Of a stretch of 64,000 nt of DNA, positions 1 to 11,358 are shown in pieces. A program made the translations under genes and the position numbers. The stretch covers positions 4,870 through 68,869 of the forward strand of contig JAURHQ010000002.1 of the NCBI GenBank assembly GCA_030833185.1, written 5' to 3'. Under the pieces are notes generated by a model that saw nothing but the letters and a program-made list of their open reading frames with translations, searched no databases and had not been told where the DNA came from. The stretch's first letter is position 1, and the number at the start of each line of letters is the position of its first letter. Source of the DNA: Gammaproteobacteria bacterium. GTDB lineage: Bacteria > Pseudomonadota > Gammaproteobacteria > Ga0077536.

Positions 1-77
1 TGGGCCGAGACCTCGGCCCGCGCGCCGTCCAGTGTCTGCAGCACCAGACGCTCGAAGCGAGAGTCAGTGAGCGGCAT
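1..77 (-). CDS. 5' end of an unidentified CDS running off the left edge (MPLTDSRFERLVLQTLDGARAEV...)
   Basis: ATG at 77 on the minus strand, 6 nt downstream of the smr stop codon. The frame stays open to position 1. Too short to assign a family. Confidence 0.3.
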   Translation of the reverse strand, partial: MPLTDSRFERLVLQTLDGARAEVSA

Positions 78-83
78 GGCGCG

Positions 84-659
84 CTAGCGGCGAGCTTTCA
101 GCAGTACGTAAATGGCGCCGGTACCACCGTCCGTGGCGGGCGTCGAAATGAAGGCCATGACTTCTTCCCGCTGCGCCAGCCAGTGGCTGACCTTGGGTTT
201 AAGCACGGGCACCTGGCCGGGTGAACGCAGGCCCTTGCCGTGGACGATGCGCACGCAGCGCCATTCACGCTGCACGCAGTCAACGAGGAAGCCGGCCAGC
301 GCGCGCTTGGCTTCGGGGGTGGTCAGTCCGTGCAGATCCAGATGACCCTGAATCGAAAACTGGCCGCGGCGGAGCTTGCGCATCACGCTGTTCTGCACGC
401 CCTCGCGTTTGAAGATCAGCTCGTCGCCGGTCTCCATCTCTCCCTCACCCGGGTCAAGCAGCATCATTTCGTCCAGCACCGAGCGCTGGTCGCGGCGTGA
501 CTGGGTAGGCACCGGCGGCGGCGCCGGCGGACGCAAATCGATGGTGTCGGTGCGCAGCGGCCGCACGCCGGCGAAGGCGGCGCGGAATGCGGCCTCATCG
601 TCGAGCGGGGCTGGGCTTACGCCGCTGGCCGGCGGCCTCGGGCGGTTTCTGTCGGACAT
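84..659 (-). CDS. Smr (MutS2 C-terminal-like) domain protein
   Basis: The C-terminal part of ORF 84..893 reads like an Smr nuclease domain: 'LDLHGLTTPEAKRALAGFL...RCVRIVHGKGLRSPG..PVLKPKV..WL'. I trimmed the start to the internal ATG at 659 (MSDRNRP) because the upstream part of the ORF is Arg-rich junk overlapping the next gene. Confidence 0.8.
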   Translation of the reverse strand: MSDRNRPRPPASGVSPAPLDDEAAFRAAFAGVRPLRTDTIDLRPPAPPPVPTQSRRDQRSVLDEMMLLDPGEGEMETGDELIFKREGVQNSVMRKLRRGQFSIQGHLDLHGLTTPEAKRALAGFLVDCVQREWRCVRIVHGKGLRSPGQVPVLKPKVSHWLAQREEVMAFISTPATDGGTGAIYVLLKARR

Positions 660-697
660 CTGCGCACACTCCGAACCTGACGATGAAACCGGGTGGA

Positions 698-1249
698 TTA
701 TTCGCCCAGCAGGGCGTCGGTCGAGGTGACCTTGGCGTATGGTGTGGCCAGCGCGGCCATAAACGCCGCGTGGACCTGGGCTGCGGGAACGATTTCGCCG
801 TCGTAGGCCAGATCGCGCGTGGCGCAGGCGTCGCTTAGAACCGTGCAGTGGAAGCCTGCATCGTAGGCCGCCCGGGTCGTGGCGTCGATGCACATGTGGC
901 TCATGGCGCCGCAGATCACGAGATGACTGACGTCATCGACGCCAAGCACCGCGGCCAGTGAACTGTCGCGAAAGGCGTTGGGGAAGTGTTTGACCACCAC
1001 CGCCTCGTCGCTGGCCGGTGCCACCGAGGCGTGATGTTCAACCCCGGGCGTGCCGGGAATGAAAAACGTCGCACCGGGGCGCACCGAGTGATGCTGAATG
1101 TGGATGACCGACCAGCCCTTCTGTCGGGCGTGGGCCAGCGCCCGTGCTGCCTGACGGGCGGCTGCCTCCATCCCGACCAGCGGCATCGCCCCGTCCGGGA
1201 AGTAGTCGTTCTGGAGATCGACAAGGACCAGGGCAGTAATCATAGGCAA
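698..1249 (-). CDS. isochorismatase-family cysteine hydrolase
   Basis: 'ALVLVDLQNDYF' N-terminal motif, 'HLVICGAMSHMCIDATTRAA' with the catalytic Cys context, about 180 aa. Confidence 0.8.
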   Translation of the reverse strand: MPMITALVLVDLQNDYFPDGAMPLVGMEAAARQAARALAHARQKGWSVIHIQHHSVRPGATFFIPGTPGVEHHASVAPASDEAVVVKHFPNAFRDSSLAAVLGVDDVSHLVICGAMSHMCIDATTRAAYDAGFHCTVLSDACATRDLAYDGEIVPAAQVHAAFMAALATPYAKVTSTDALLGE

Positions 1250-1319
1250 GCTCCTGCGGCCTCAAACATTCGGTTACGGCGACCGGAGTCTAACCGATCC
1301 GTAGCGCCCCATGCCGCGG

Positions 1320-4300
1320 CTAGCCGAGGCGCCGCCGGGCATTGCGGAACATCTCGAACCACGGCCCTTCGGCCCCGGTCACCGACGCCGGCGACCATGA
1401 GGATTGATGGCGCAGGAAAATCCGCTCGGGATGCGGCATCAGAATCGTGGCCCGGCCATCGTCGGTGGTGAAGCCGGTAAGGCCCGCGGGCGATCCGTTG
1501 GGATTCTGCGGATAAAGCATCGTCGGTTGGCCCTGATGGTCGACATAGCGCAGGCACTGCCGCGCGTCGGTCGCGAGTTCATCGACCCGGCCCTCGCCGT
1601 GCGAGACCACCAGCGGCGCCATCATGCCCGCGAGACCGTCGAAGAACAGCGAGGGCGAGGGCAGGACTTCGGCCATCACCAGTCGCGCTTCAAACTGCTC
1701 CGAGCGATTACGCAAAAAGCGCGGCCAGGCGCCAGCGCCAGGAATCAGGGTCTTGAGTTGCGAGAGCATCTGGCAGCCGTTGCACACGCCGAGCGTGAAT
1801 GTGTCGGCGCGGTTGAAGAATTCGCTGAACAGGTCCCGTGTGCGCGGATTGAACAGGATTGAGCGCGCCCAGCCGCTGCCGGCGCCCAGCACGTCGCCGT
1901 AGGAAAAGCCGCCGCAGGCGACCAGCCCGGCGAAGCCTTCAAGCGTGCGGTGGCCGGCCGCCAGTTCGGACATATGGACATCCACCGCTTCGAAACCGGC
2001 GCGACGGAACGCGGCGGCCATTTCGCGCTGCCCGTTCACGCCCTGCTCGCGCAGGATGGCGATGCGGGGCGATGCCTTGCCGCTCAGGGCTGGCGCCTGC
2101 GGGGGCGTTGCCGGCGGACGATGGAACAGGCCGGTCACCGCGGGGTCGAGAATCTGCGCCAGCTCTTCGCGCGCACAGTCCGGGTTGTCGCGCAGCCGCT
2201 GCATTTCGTGCGAGGGCGCGGACCAGGCGGCGAGCAAGGCATAGAGATCTTCGTCCAGCCACTGCGCGCCGGTGCTGCTGAGGCGGATGCGCGGCGTGGC
2301 AATCGGCGCGCCCAGCACGTGAACGCAGCCGGCAAGCGCTGGCTGTTGCGCAAACTGGGCGAGCACCGTTTCCAGCGTGGCGGCTTCGACTTGAATAACC
2401 ACGCCCAGCTCTTCGTTGAACAGCGCCGGCATGGGCGCCTGCCCCAGCGCGGTCAGGTCGAGTGCCAGGCCGCAGCGCGCGGCGAAGGCCATTTCGCACA
2501 AGGTGGTCAGCAGACCGCCGTCGGCGCGGTCGTGGCAGGCCAGCAGATAGCCCGTTTCGTTCAGCAGTTGCAGGACCTCGAAGGCCTCGCGCAGGCGCGC
2601 CGGCTGGTCAAGGTCGGGCGCTGCGTCGCCCAATTCGCCGCAGACCTGCGCCAGCACCGAGCCGCCGAGCCGCTGCGCGCCGCCGGCAAGGTCGACCAGC
2701 AACAGACGGGTCTCGCCGCGGTCCAGCCGAAGTTGCGGCGTCAGCGAGCAGCGCACGTCGGTGACGGGGGCAAACGCGGTACACACCAGCGAGACCGGGG
2801 AGGACACCGCGTGGCTGCCCGCGGCGTCGCGCCAGGCGGTTTTCATGGACATGGAATCCTTGCCGACCGGCACGCAAATGCCGAGCGCAAGACACAGCCG
2901 GCTGGCAGCTTCGACCGCCGCGTATAGCCTCGCGTCTTCGCCGGGATGGCCGGCGGCGGCCATCCAGTTGGCGGACAGCACCACGTCTTCCATCCGCCGC
3001 ACACGGGCGGCGACCAGATTGGTCAGCGCCTCGCCGATGGCCATGCGCGCGGAGGCCGCGGCGTCCAGCAAGGCCAGCGGGCTGCGCTCGCCGAGGGCGA
3101 AGGCTTCGCCGGCAAAGCCCTCGTAGTCGAGCGCGGTGACCGCACAATCGGCCACCGGTACCTGCCAGGGCCCCACCATCTGATCGCGCACCGTCATGCC
3201 GCCCACCGTGCGGTCACCGATGGTGATAAGGAAGCGTTTGTCGGCCACCGCCGGGAAGCGCAGGACGCGCCGGACGGCCTCCGGCAGTGAGGGCCCGAGG
3301 CGCAGCGCCTGACGGGTTTCAGCGACGCGCTGGACGTCGCGGAACATGCGTGGCGGTTTGCCAAAGATAAGGTCCATCGGCAGGTCAATCACCGCCTCGT
3401 GCCGCAGGCTGTCCCATAGCCGCAGATGGCGCGCTTCGGTAGCCGTGCCGACCACCGCCATCGGGCAGCGTTCGCGCGCGCACAGGGCTTCGAGCATGGC
3501 CACCGACTCGGGCGCGATGCCGAGCACATAGCGTTCCTGCGCCTCGTTGCACCAGATTTCCAGCGGGGACATCGCGGGATCTGCCGAGTGGATGGCGCGC
3601 AAGGCCAGATCGCCGCCGCGGCCGCTGTCGTTCAGCAGCTCCGGGATGGCATTGGACAGTCCGCCGGCGCCCACGTCGTGGATCGACAGCACCGGGTTGT
3701 CATCTCCCAGCGCCCAGCAGGCGTCGATGACTTCCTGCACGCGCCGCTCCATTTCGGCGTTGTCACGCTGGACCGAGGCAAAATCGAGGTCGGCATCGCT
3801 GGTCCCGGCGCGCTGCGAAGACGCCGCGCCGCCGCCCAGCCCGATCAACATGGCGGGGCCGCCCAGCACGACAATCTGCGCACCCGGCGGCAGCACTTCC
3901 TTGCGGACATGGCCGGCGCGGATGTTGCCGATGCCGCCCGCCAACATCAGCGGTTTATCGTAGCCGTAGCGGGCGATGCCCTGAGGCGTTTGGTCCTGAT
4001 GCTCGAAGGTTCGGAAGTAGCCGGCCAGCGCCGGACGTCCGAACTCGTTATTGAACGCCGCCGCCCCGATCGGGGCTTCCAGCATGATTTGCAGCGCGGG
4101 TGCCAGCGCGGGATTGAACGGACGCGCGGCTTCCCAGGGCTCAGCCTGTTGCGGCAGGCGCACGGGCGCCACCGAGAAGCCGGTGAGGCCGGCCTTCGGT
4201 TTGGCGCCGCGGCCGGTCGCGCCCTCGTCGCGGATTTCACCGCCGGCGCCGGTGGCGGCGCCCGCATAGGGCGAAATACCGGTCGGGTGGTTGTGAGTCT

Positions 4301-5189
4301 CCACCTTCATCAGCAGGTGAATGTCTTCTTCCTCGTCGACATAGACGCGGCTCAGCGGATCGACGCGCAGGCGGCGACCCCGGTAGCCGCGGGTGACGGC
4401 GGCGTTGTCGCTGTAGGCCGAGAGGACGTCGTTCGGATGCGCGTTGTGGGTGGCCCGGATGTGCTGGAACAGGCTAAGCGCCTGCGGCTGTCCGTCGATG
4501 GCCCACTGCGCGTTGAAAATCTTGTGCCGGCAGTGCTCGGAATTGGCCTGCGCGAACATCATGAGCTCGGCGTCTGCCGGGTCGCGCTGCAGTTCGCGAT
4601 ACCGGGCTTCGAGGTAATCGATTTCATCCTCGGCGAGCGCCAGCCCCAGCGCGGCGTTCGCGGCCACCAGCGCCGCCCGACCGTCGCGCAGCAGGGGAAT
4701 ATGGCCCAGCGCACCGGGCGTCGGCGCCGCGCCCGGCGTCGCCTCGCCGAGGGCCTCGCGCACGCTTTCCGTCATGCGATCGTGCAGCAGGGCGGCGGCC
4801 GCGGCGCGCTGCCCGGCATGCAGACCGCCGAGCTCCCAGCGCACGCCGCGCTCGACCCGTTCCACCTCGACCAGACCGCAGTGCCGGGCAATATCCGTCG
4901 CCTTGCTTGACCAAGGCGAGCGGGTGCCAACGCGGGGGGTGACGTAAATCAGCGCCGGCGCCGCCGGCAGCGCGCTTACTTCCTGCGCATCAAGCAGGGT
5001 GCCGAGGCGGGCTTTAGCTTCTGCAGTCAGCGGTGCGGTGCTACTGACTTCGTACACCCAGTGGCTGGCGAGTGGCTCGAGCGCCGCATCGATCGCGGCC
5101 AGCTGCGCGCCGACGCGCGCGAGCCGGAAGGCCGAGTGGGCGGCACCGCCCAGAAAAAAACAAACGGTGGTGGCGTTGGGCGTGCTCAT
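1320..5189 (-). CDS. purL: phosphoribosylformylglycinamidine synthase, single-chain large form
   Basis: 1289-aa ORF with AIR-synthase-like repeats ('[16 protein letters not shown]'). The C-terminal class I glutamine amidotransferase has 'GVCNGCQML' and 'LMPHPERIF'. Confidence 0.97.
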   Translation of the reverse strand: MSTPNATTVCFFLGGAAHSAFRLARVGAQLAAIDAALEPLASHWVYEVSSTAPLTAEAKARLGTLLDAQEVSALPAAPALIYVTPRVGTRSPWSSKATDIARHCGLVEVERVERGVRWELGGLHAGQRAAAAALLHDRMTESVREALGEATPGAAPTPGALGHIPLLRDGRAALVAANAALGLALAEDEIDYLEARYRELQRDPADAELMMFAQANSEHCRHKIFNAQWAIDGQPQALSLFQHIRATHNAHPNDVLSAYSDNAAVTRGYRGRRLRVDPLSRVYVDEEEDIHLLMKVETHNHPTGISPYAGAATGAGGEIRDEGATGRGAKPKAGLTGFSVAPVRLPQQAEPWEAARPFNPALAPALQIMLEAPIGAAAFNNEFGRPALAGYFRTFEHQDQTPQGIARYGYDKPLMLAGGIGNIRAGHVRKEVLPPGAQIVVLGGPAMLIGLGGGAASSQRAGTSDADLDFASVQRDNAEMERRVQEVIDACWALGDDNPVLSIHDVGAGGLSNAIPELLNDSGRGGDLALRAIHSADPAMSPLEIWCNEAQERYVLGIAPESVAMLEALCARERCPMAVVGTATEARHLRLWDSLRHEAVIDLPMDLIFGKPPRMFRDVQRVAETRQALRLGPSLPEAVRRVLRFPAVADKRFLITIGDRTVGGMTVRDQMVGPWQVPVADCAVTALDYEGFAGEAFALGERSPLALLDAAASARMAIGEALTNLVAARVRRMEDVVLSANWMAAAGHPGEDARLYAAVEAASRLCLALGICVPVGKDSMSMKTAWRDAAGSHAVSSPVSLVCTAFAPVTDVRCSLTPQLRLDRGETRLLLVDLAGGAQRLGGSVLAQVCGELGDAAPDLDQPARLREAFEVLQLLNETGYLLACHDRADGGLLTTLCEMAFAARCGLALDLTALGQAPMPALFNEELGVVIQVEAATLETVLAQFAQQPALAGCVHVLGAPIATPRIRLSSTGAQWLDEDLYALLAAWSAPSHEMQRLRDNPDCAREELAQILDPAVTGLFHRPPATPPQAPALSGKASPRIAILREQGVNGQREMAAAFRRAGFEAVDVHMSELAAGHRTLEGFAGLVACGGFSYGDVLGAGSGWARSILFNPRTRDLFSEFFNRADTFTLGVCNGCQMLSQLKTLIPGAGAWPRFLRNRSEQFEARLVMAEVLPSPSLFFDGLAGMMAPLVVSHGEGRVDELATDARQCLRYVDHQGQPTMLYPQNPNGSPAGLTGFTTDDGRATILMPHPERIFLRHQSSWSPASVTGAEGPWFEMFRNARRRLG

Positions 5190-5279
5190 AGGGGTGCTAT
5201 TCAGATGATGGCGGGCGCCGTGAAGCGCGAGGGCCGCAGTTTACACGCTCACGCGGGCCGCTTTGCGGCCGATGCGGAT

Positions 5280-6095
5280 TCAGGGCGCGCGTTCGATGCG
5301 AACCCACAGCTGATAATCGCTGCTGCCGTCGTTGTGACCCCCGCCGAGGCCGTCATGCCGGCCGCTTGCTCCCGTGCTGAGGCTGCCGCCGGCGGCGATC
5401 CATTCGCCCAAACGTCCACGCACGGTGGTTTGGCTCTGCTGATGGCGCTGGCCCGACTGGGCCTGGTCGTCGGCGCTTGCCAGTCGCGCCGCCAGCGCAA
5501 TTTCCACCGTTTCTCCGTGCAGGCTGGGCGTGAGATAGAAGCCGGAGCGGGTCGTCTGCTGGTCGACACCAAGGCTGACGCCCGGTCCGGACGGCGTCAC
5601 CACGTAGCCCAGGATGACGGGCTGGGCGCTGGTCTGGCCGAGCTCGATGAGCGCTGGCTGCCCATCCATCGTCAGCACCGTCTGCAGTAGTTGCAGGCCG
5701 TCGGTGGTCCGCGTGCTGTAGTGATCGGGAGGCAGCGCTTGCCCACCCGGCGCCGCCGCATTGCCGGTCGTTTCAAACTGCACGCGCCCGCCCCCGGCGC
5801 GGTCATCGCGGCGCGACTGGCTGACCGTGACCCGCAGCCTGATCGGCGCCACGTCCAGCGCCGAGAGCGCGGTTTTCAGCGTCGCCAGATTCTCCGGGGT
5901 CGTGCGGACGATGAGCTGGCTGCCCTCGCCGGTGAGGGTACCTTCGGGCGCCAGCAGCGGCTGCAACAGCGGCAGCACATCGCGCACTAAGCGGTGCTGC
6001 AGCGGGATGATTTCAAGCTGCGGCTCGCGCGCGAATGCCGCCACTGCGCCGCCGGCAAGCAGCAGCCAGACCAACGTGCGCAGCAGCCGCTTCAC
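5280..6095 (-). CDS. periplasmic protein with a secretin-N (NolW-like) domain and a short secretin-like C-terminal beta region ('mini-secretin')
   Basis: Signal-like 'VKRLLRTLVWLLLAGGAVAAFA'. 'LEIIPLQHRLVRDVLPLLQPLL...GSQLIVRTTPENLATLKTALSALDV' resembles a secretin N domain. 'FYLTPSLHGETVEIALAARL...QTTVRGRLGEWIAAGG' resembles the start of a secretin C domain, but the protein is far too short for a full secretin. A GTG at 6095 overlaps the upstream stop (GTGA). Confidence 0.6.
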   Translation of the reverse strand: MKRLLRTLVWLLLAGGAVAAFAREPQLEIIPLQHRLVRDVLPLLQPLLAPEGTLTGEGSQLIVRTTPENLATLKTALSALDVAPIRLRVTVSQSRRDDRAGGGRVQFETTGNAAAPGGQALPPDHYSTRTTDGLQLLQTVLTMDGQPALIELGQTSAQPVILGYVVTPSGPGVSLGVDQQTTRSGFYLTPSLHGETVEIALAARLASADDQAQSGQRHQQSQTTVRGRLGEWIAAGGSLSTGASGRHDGLGGGHNDGSSDYQLWVRIERAP

Positions 6096-6607
6096 AGCGA
6101 CAGCCGCCGCTGATTGGGGTCGGGCTGCGCCCGCTCCCAAATCTCGTTAAACCGGGAAACCAGCTGGCTGGCCTGATGACGGTCGTTGAAATCGACGGTG
6201 GCCTCGAAGCGGTCGCTCATGGGGCGGTAGACATAACCGGTTGCATCCGCCACCAGCCAGGCCTCGTTGAACTCACGATGCACCGGCGAAGGCACGCGGA
6301 CTTGGATGAAATCAGACAGGAACTGGGCGAGCTCCAGCAGACGGTGTCCGCGCCGCGCGACCGGCCCGGGGTCGAGCAAGAGCAGCCGCACTTCGGCGCG
6401 CCGGCTGCCAAGGACGAGTCTTTTGACCGCCTGAATGAAAGCGCCTTGATCGAATAGCACGGGGTCGAGATGGCGGCTGACGATATCGATGCTTCGCCGC
6501 GACTGGCCGGCGAGTTGCAACACGATCGCGGCCAGAGCGTCGCTGCGCGCCAGCTCGAAGGGGCCGGCGCTAATGCCGAGCGTCAGGTCTTCCGGCGACG
6601 TTTCCAT
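6092..6607 (-). CDS. conserved hypothetical protein (possible degenerate PLD/HKD-like fold)
   Basis: 171-aa ORF lying 10 nt after the purB stop and 4-nt coupled to the next gene. 'SIDIVSRHLDPVLFD...AEVRLLLLD' and 'VHREFNEAWLVADATGYVY' loosely resemble an HKD repeat with the Lys replaced. No confident family. Confidence 0.5.
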   Translation of the reverse strand: METSPEDLTLGISAGPFELARSDALAAIVLQLAGQSRRSIDIVSRHLDPVLFDQGAFIQAVKRLVLGSRRAEVRLLLLDPGPVARRGHRLLELAQFLSDFIQVRVPSPVHREFNEAWLVADATGYVYRPMSDRFEATVDFNDRHQASQLVSRFNEIWERAQPDPNQRRLSL

Positions 6608-6617
6608 CGCCGCCCGA

Positions 6618-8072
<1,455 letters not shown>

Positions 8073-8121
8073 TTACGAAAACCAGCAAGCCCTTCCGATA
8101 CGGCGGCGACTGCCTGCTAGA

Positions 8122-8787
8122 ATGCCGGCCCCTTTCGCAACCGGCGAGCGCAAGTCTGTGCAGAAATCTCCTCTCGCCCAACGTTTTCGTGGTTTCCTGC
8201 CCGTGGTCGTCGACATCGAAACCGGCGGCTTCAATTGCGTGACCGATGCGCTGCTGGAAATTGCCGCCGTGCTGGTCGAAGTCGACCCCGAGGCCGGCTG
8301 GCGGCGCAAGGCAACCATCGCCCATCACGTCAAACCCTTTGAGGGGGCGCGACTGGAAGAGGCCGCTCTGCGCTTCAACAAGATCGACCCGTGGCATCCG
8401 TTCCGCTTGGCCGTCAGCGAAGCGCACGCGCTGGAAAACATCTTCGAGAAAGTGCGCCAGCAGGTGCAGGAGCACGGCTGCTCGCGTGCGATTCTGGTCG
8501 GACACAACCCGGCGTTTGATTTGTCTTTTCTGAAGGCGGCCGTGGATCGCTGCAAGACCAAGCGCAATCCGTTCCACGCCTTCAGCACCTTCGACACCGC
8601 CTCACTGGCCGGCGTCGCCTTGGGCCAAACGGTGCTCTCACGCGCGGTGACGGCGGCCGGGCTTGGCTGGCAGGAAGAGGAAGCACATTCGGCGGTCTAT
8701 GACGCCGAAAAGACGGCCGACCTTTTCTGTTCCATCGTCAATCGCTGGGACCGCCTGCGCGGTCCGGCGGCACCCGAAAGCGACTAG
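8122..8787 (+). CDS. rnt: ribonuclease T
   Basis: DEDDh exonuclease motifs 'VVVDIETGG', 'LVGHNPAFDLSFL' and 'HSAVYDAEKTADLF'. Start at ATG 8122 (MPAPFATGERK), giving about 221 aa. Confidence 0.93.
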   Translation: MPAPFATGERKSVQKSPLAQRFRGFLPVVVDIETGGFNCVTDALLEIAAVLVEVDPEAGWRRKATIAHHVKPFEGARLEEAALRFNKIDPWHPFRLAVSEAHALENIFEKVRQQVQEHGCSRAILVGHNPAFDLSFLKAAVDRCKTKRNPFHAFSTFDTASLAGVALGQTVLSRAVTAAGLGWQEEEAHSAVYDAEKTADLFCSIVNRWDRLRGPAAPESD

Positions 8788-10100
8788 CCCTCAGCGATTT
8801 TCGCCCGCCAACGTTCGGCGGTTTCAGCCAGTTCGCGCTCGTTCAGGGAGAGGAGCTGTCGCTCACGCACCACGCGGCGCCCGCCCACCCAGACATCGGT
8901 AATCTGGTCGCGATGGCCGGCGTAGACAATTTGCGAAATCGGGTCGTAGACGGGTTGCGCCCGCATCCCGCCCAGATCGATCGCCATCAGGTCGGCCTGT
9001 TTGCCTGCGATGAGGGAGCCGATGTCCTGCTCAAGCCCGAGGGCGCGCGCGCCGTTGAGGGTGGCCATCTGCAGGGCTTCATGCGCGGGAACCACGCAAG
9101 GGTCCCCGGCGACGGCCTTGGCCAGCAGGGCCGCGCTACGCAATTCACCCAGCATGTCCAAATCGTTATTGCTGGCCGCGCCGTCGGTGCCGATGGCGCA
9201 GTTGACGCCCGCCGCGCTTAGCCGGCCCAGCGGGCAGAAGCCGCTGGCCAGTTTCAGATTGGATTCCGGGCAATGCACGACGCTGATGCCGGCCAGCGCG
9301 GCGGCGGCAATTTCGGCCTCGGTGAGCTGGGTCATGTGAACCGCGACCAGCCGGTTTGACACCAGTCCAAGTCGCGCCAGACGGGCCAGCGGACGTTCGC
9401 CGCTCGCCGTTTCAGCACTGCTGACCTCAAAGGCCGTTTCGTGGATGTGCATGTGGATCGGCAGGTCGAGTTCTTCGGCCAGCGTCGCAACCTCGGTCAG
9501 CGCGGCGTCGTCCACCGTGTAGGGCGCATGCGGCGCGAAGCTGGTGCGAATCAGCGGGTGGCCGCGATAGCGGTCATGTACCGCCTGACCGTTGACGAAA
9601 TACTCCCGCGTGCTGCGCGCCCAGGCGGTCGGAAAGCCGATGACGATCATGCCGACGACCGCGCGGATGCCGGCCTCGGCGGCGGCCGCTGCCGTTTCGT
9701 CGGGGAAGAAATACATGTCGTTGAAACAGGTGGTACCGCCCAGCAGCATCTCCGCGGCGGCCAGCCGGCTACCGTCGCGCACGAACTCGCGATCGGCCCA
9801 GCGGGCTTCGGCGGGCCAGATGTGCTCCTCCAGCCAGGTCTTCAGCGGCAGGTCATCGGCGATGCCTCGCAGCAGCGACATGGCCGCGTGGCAGTGGGCG
9901 TTGACGAAGCCGGGCAGCAGCGCGTGGGTGGGCAGTTCGACCTCGACCTCCGCCGTGTACTGACGACACGCGACGGCGCGCGGCAGCAGGGCAAGGATGC
10001 GCCCGTCGTGCACCACCAGACTGTGGTCGGTTAGCACTTCTTTGGCGGGCTCGACCGGAATGATCCAGCGGGCATGGATGAGTTGATCGACTGGCTGCAC
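8784..10100 (-). CDS. mtaD: 5-methylthioadenosine/S-adenosylhomocysteine deaminase (TRZ/ATZ amidohydrolase)
   Basis: 'FVNAHCHAAMSLLRG' (HxH metal site), 'IHMHIHET', 'VAVHMTQL', 'GTDGAASNNDLDM'. I preferred GTG 10100, because the alternative ATG 10154 would overlap the divergent mtnA ATG within CATG. Confidence 0.85.
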   Translation of the reverse strand: MQPVDQLIHARWIIPVEPAKEVLTDHSLVVHDGRILALLPRAVACRQYTAEVEVELPTHALLPGFVNAHCHAAMSLLRGIADDLPLKTWLEEHIWPAEARWADREFVRDGSRLAAAEMLLGGTTCFNDMYFFPDETAAAAAEAGIRAVVGMIVIGFPTAWARSTREYFVNGQAVHDRYRGHPLIRTSFAPHAPYTVDDAALTEVATLAEELDLPIHMHIHETAFEVSSAETASGERPLARLARLGLVSNRLVAVHMTQLTEAEIAAAALAGISVVHCPESNLKLASGFCPLGRLSAAGVNCAIGTDGAASNNDLDMLGELRSAALLAKAVAGDPCVVPAHEALQMATLNGARALGLEQDIGSLIAGKQADLMAIDLGGMRAQPVYDPISQIVYAGHRDQITDVWVGGRRVVRERQLLSLNERELAETAERWRAKIAEG

Positions 10101-10152
10101 GGTTCTGTTTCCGGACGGTTGGTGCGGGCGGCGAACAGGCTTCGCCGACCGC

Positions 10153-11256
10153 ATGGCTGAGGCTGACCGTAAGGTACCATACGGGTTTTCAAACGCAGCA
10201 GAGCCGCGCCCTGTGAACCACGAGACCATCACCCCCCTTTACTGGCAGGACGAGGCCCTCGTGCTGCTTGATCAACGACGCCTGCCGGGCGAAGAGCGCT
10301 GGCTGCATTACACCGATGTGGCCGGTGTCGTCACGGCCATTCGCGAGATGGTGGTGCGCGGCGCGCCGGCCATCGGCATCGCCGGCGCCTACGGCATGGT
10401 GTTCGCGGCGGAGGCCGCTTGGCGGTCTGCCGGCGCCGACTGGCGCCGTCAGTGGCAGGCCGACGTGCAGGCGCTGCGGCACGCGCGGCCGACCGCCGTC
10501 AATCTGGCCTGGGCCATCGATCTGATGGAGCGCTTTGCGGCCGGTCTGACGGGCGCGCCGCAGGCCGCCATGCTGGGCGAGGCGCGGCGGCTGCATGAGG
10601 CCGACCTCGCTGCCAATCACCGGATGGGGCAGCTGGGCGCCGCCCTGATCGACGCCAACGCAACCGTCATGACGCACTGTAATGCAGGGGCGCTCGCGAC
10701 CGCCGGGCACGGCACGGCGCTGGGCGTGATTCGCGATGCGCATGCCGCAGGCCGCATCGCACGCGTGTTTGCCACCGAGACCCGGCCCTGGCTGCAGGGT
10801 GCGCGACTGACCTCCTGGGAGCTATCCCGCTCGGGGGTACCGGTACAACTCATTACCGACGGCAGCGCGGCCCACGTCATGCGGACCCGGGGCGTGAGCT
10901 GGGTCATCGTTGGCGCCGACCGCGTGGCGGCGAACGGCGATGTGGCGAACAAAATTGGCACCTACGGGCTTGCGATCGCCGCGCGCGCTCACGGGGCTCG
11001 CGTGATGGTGGTAGCGCCGCGGTCGACGATCGACCTTGCCACCGCCAGCGGTGACGATATTGAAATCGAGGAACGGGCGGGGGAGGAGATCACCCACATC
11101 GGCGGACAGCGCTATGCGCCCGCCGCGGTGACCGCATTCAACCCGGTATTCGACGTGACGCCCGCCCATTTGGTGGATGCGCTGGTCACTGAAATCGGCG
11201 TCCTGGAGCGGCCTAATCGCGAAACGCTGGCCCGCCTGCTCGCGGCCGCCGATTGA
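10153..11256 (+). CDS. mtnA: S-methyl-5-thioribose-1-phosphate isomerase
   Basis: 'VVRGAPAIGIAGAYG', 'ATETRPWLQGARLTSWEL', 'IVGADRVAANGDVANKIGTYGLAI'. GTG 10213 is an alternative start. Confidence 0.9.
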   Translation: MAEADRKVPYGFSNAAEPRPVNHETITPLYWQDEALVLLDQRRLPGEERWLHYTDVAGVVTAIREMVVRGAPAIGIAGAYGMVFAAEAAWRSAGADWRRQWQADVQALRHARPTAVNLAWAIDLMERFAAGLTGAPQAAMLGEARRLHEADLAANHRMGQLGAALIDANATVMTHCNAGALATAGHGTALGVIRDAHAAGRIARVFATETRPWLQGARLTSWELSRSGVPVQLITDGSAAHVMRTRGVSWVIVGADRVAANGDVANKIGTYGLAIAARAHGARVMVVAPRSTIDLATASGDDIEIEERAGEEITHIGGQRYAPAAVTAFNPVFDVTPAHLVDALVTEIGVLERPNRETLARLLAAAD

Positions 11257-11262
11257 GTCTGT

Positions 11263-11312
11263 AATCCGGGCTTAAGCCACGGCACTTCGCGTGTTACACT
11301 CCGGCCCGGATT
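11263..11312 (+). terminator. inverted repeat AATCCGGGC...GCCCGGATT followed by a T-rich tract; candidate mtnA terminator ahead of an AT-rich gyrA promoter region
   Basis: Perfect 9-bp arms at 11263-11271 and 11304-11312, then 'gtctttttcttcaaatttaagaacttataaa'. The loop is large (32 nt), so the assignment is tentative. Confidence 0.3.
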
Positions 11313-11358
11313 GGGGAGTCGTCTTTTTCTTCAAATTTAAGAACTTATAAAGTGCTTG

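Noticed and set aside
84-893. N-terminally extended versions of real genes given by the ORF track. Cases: 84-893 smr; 6618-8072 purB; 7993-8787 rnt; 15808-17289 aroA. Also 20459-21712 lapB; 31377-32768 glyA; 35006-36292 ribB; 36160-36780 ribH; 52391-54130 boxC; 55496-57139 bclA; 58727-59407 coq7.
   Set aside because: The extensions overlap the upstream gene or are non-homologous Arg/Pro-rich sequence. Internal ATG/GTG codons give N-termini that match the known families, so the starts were trimmed.
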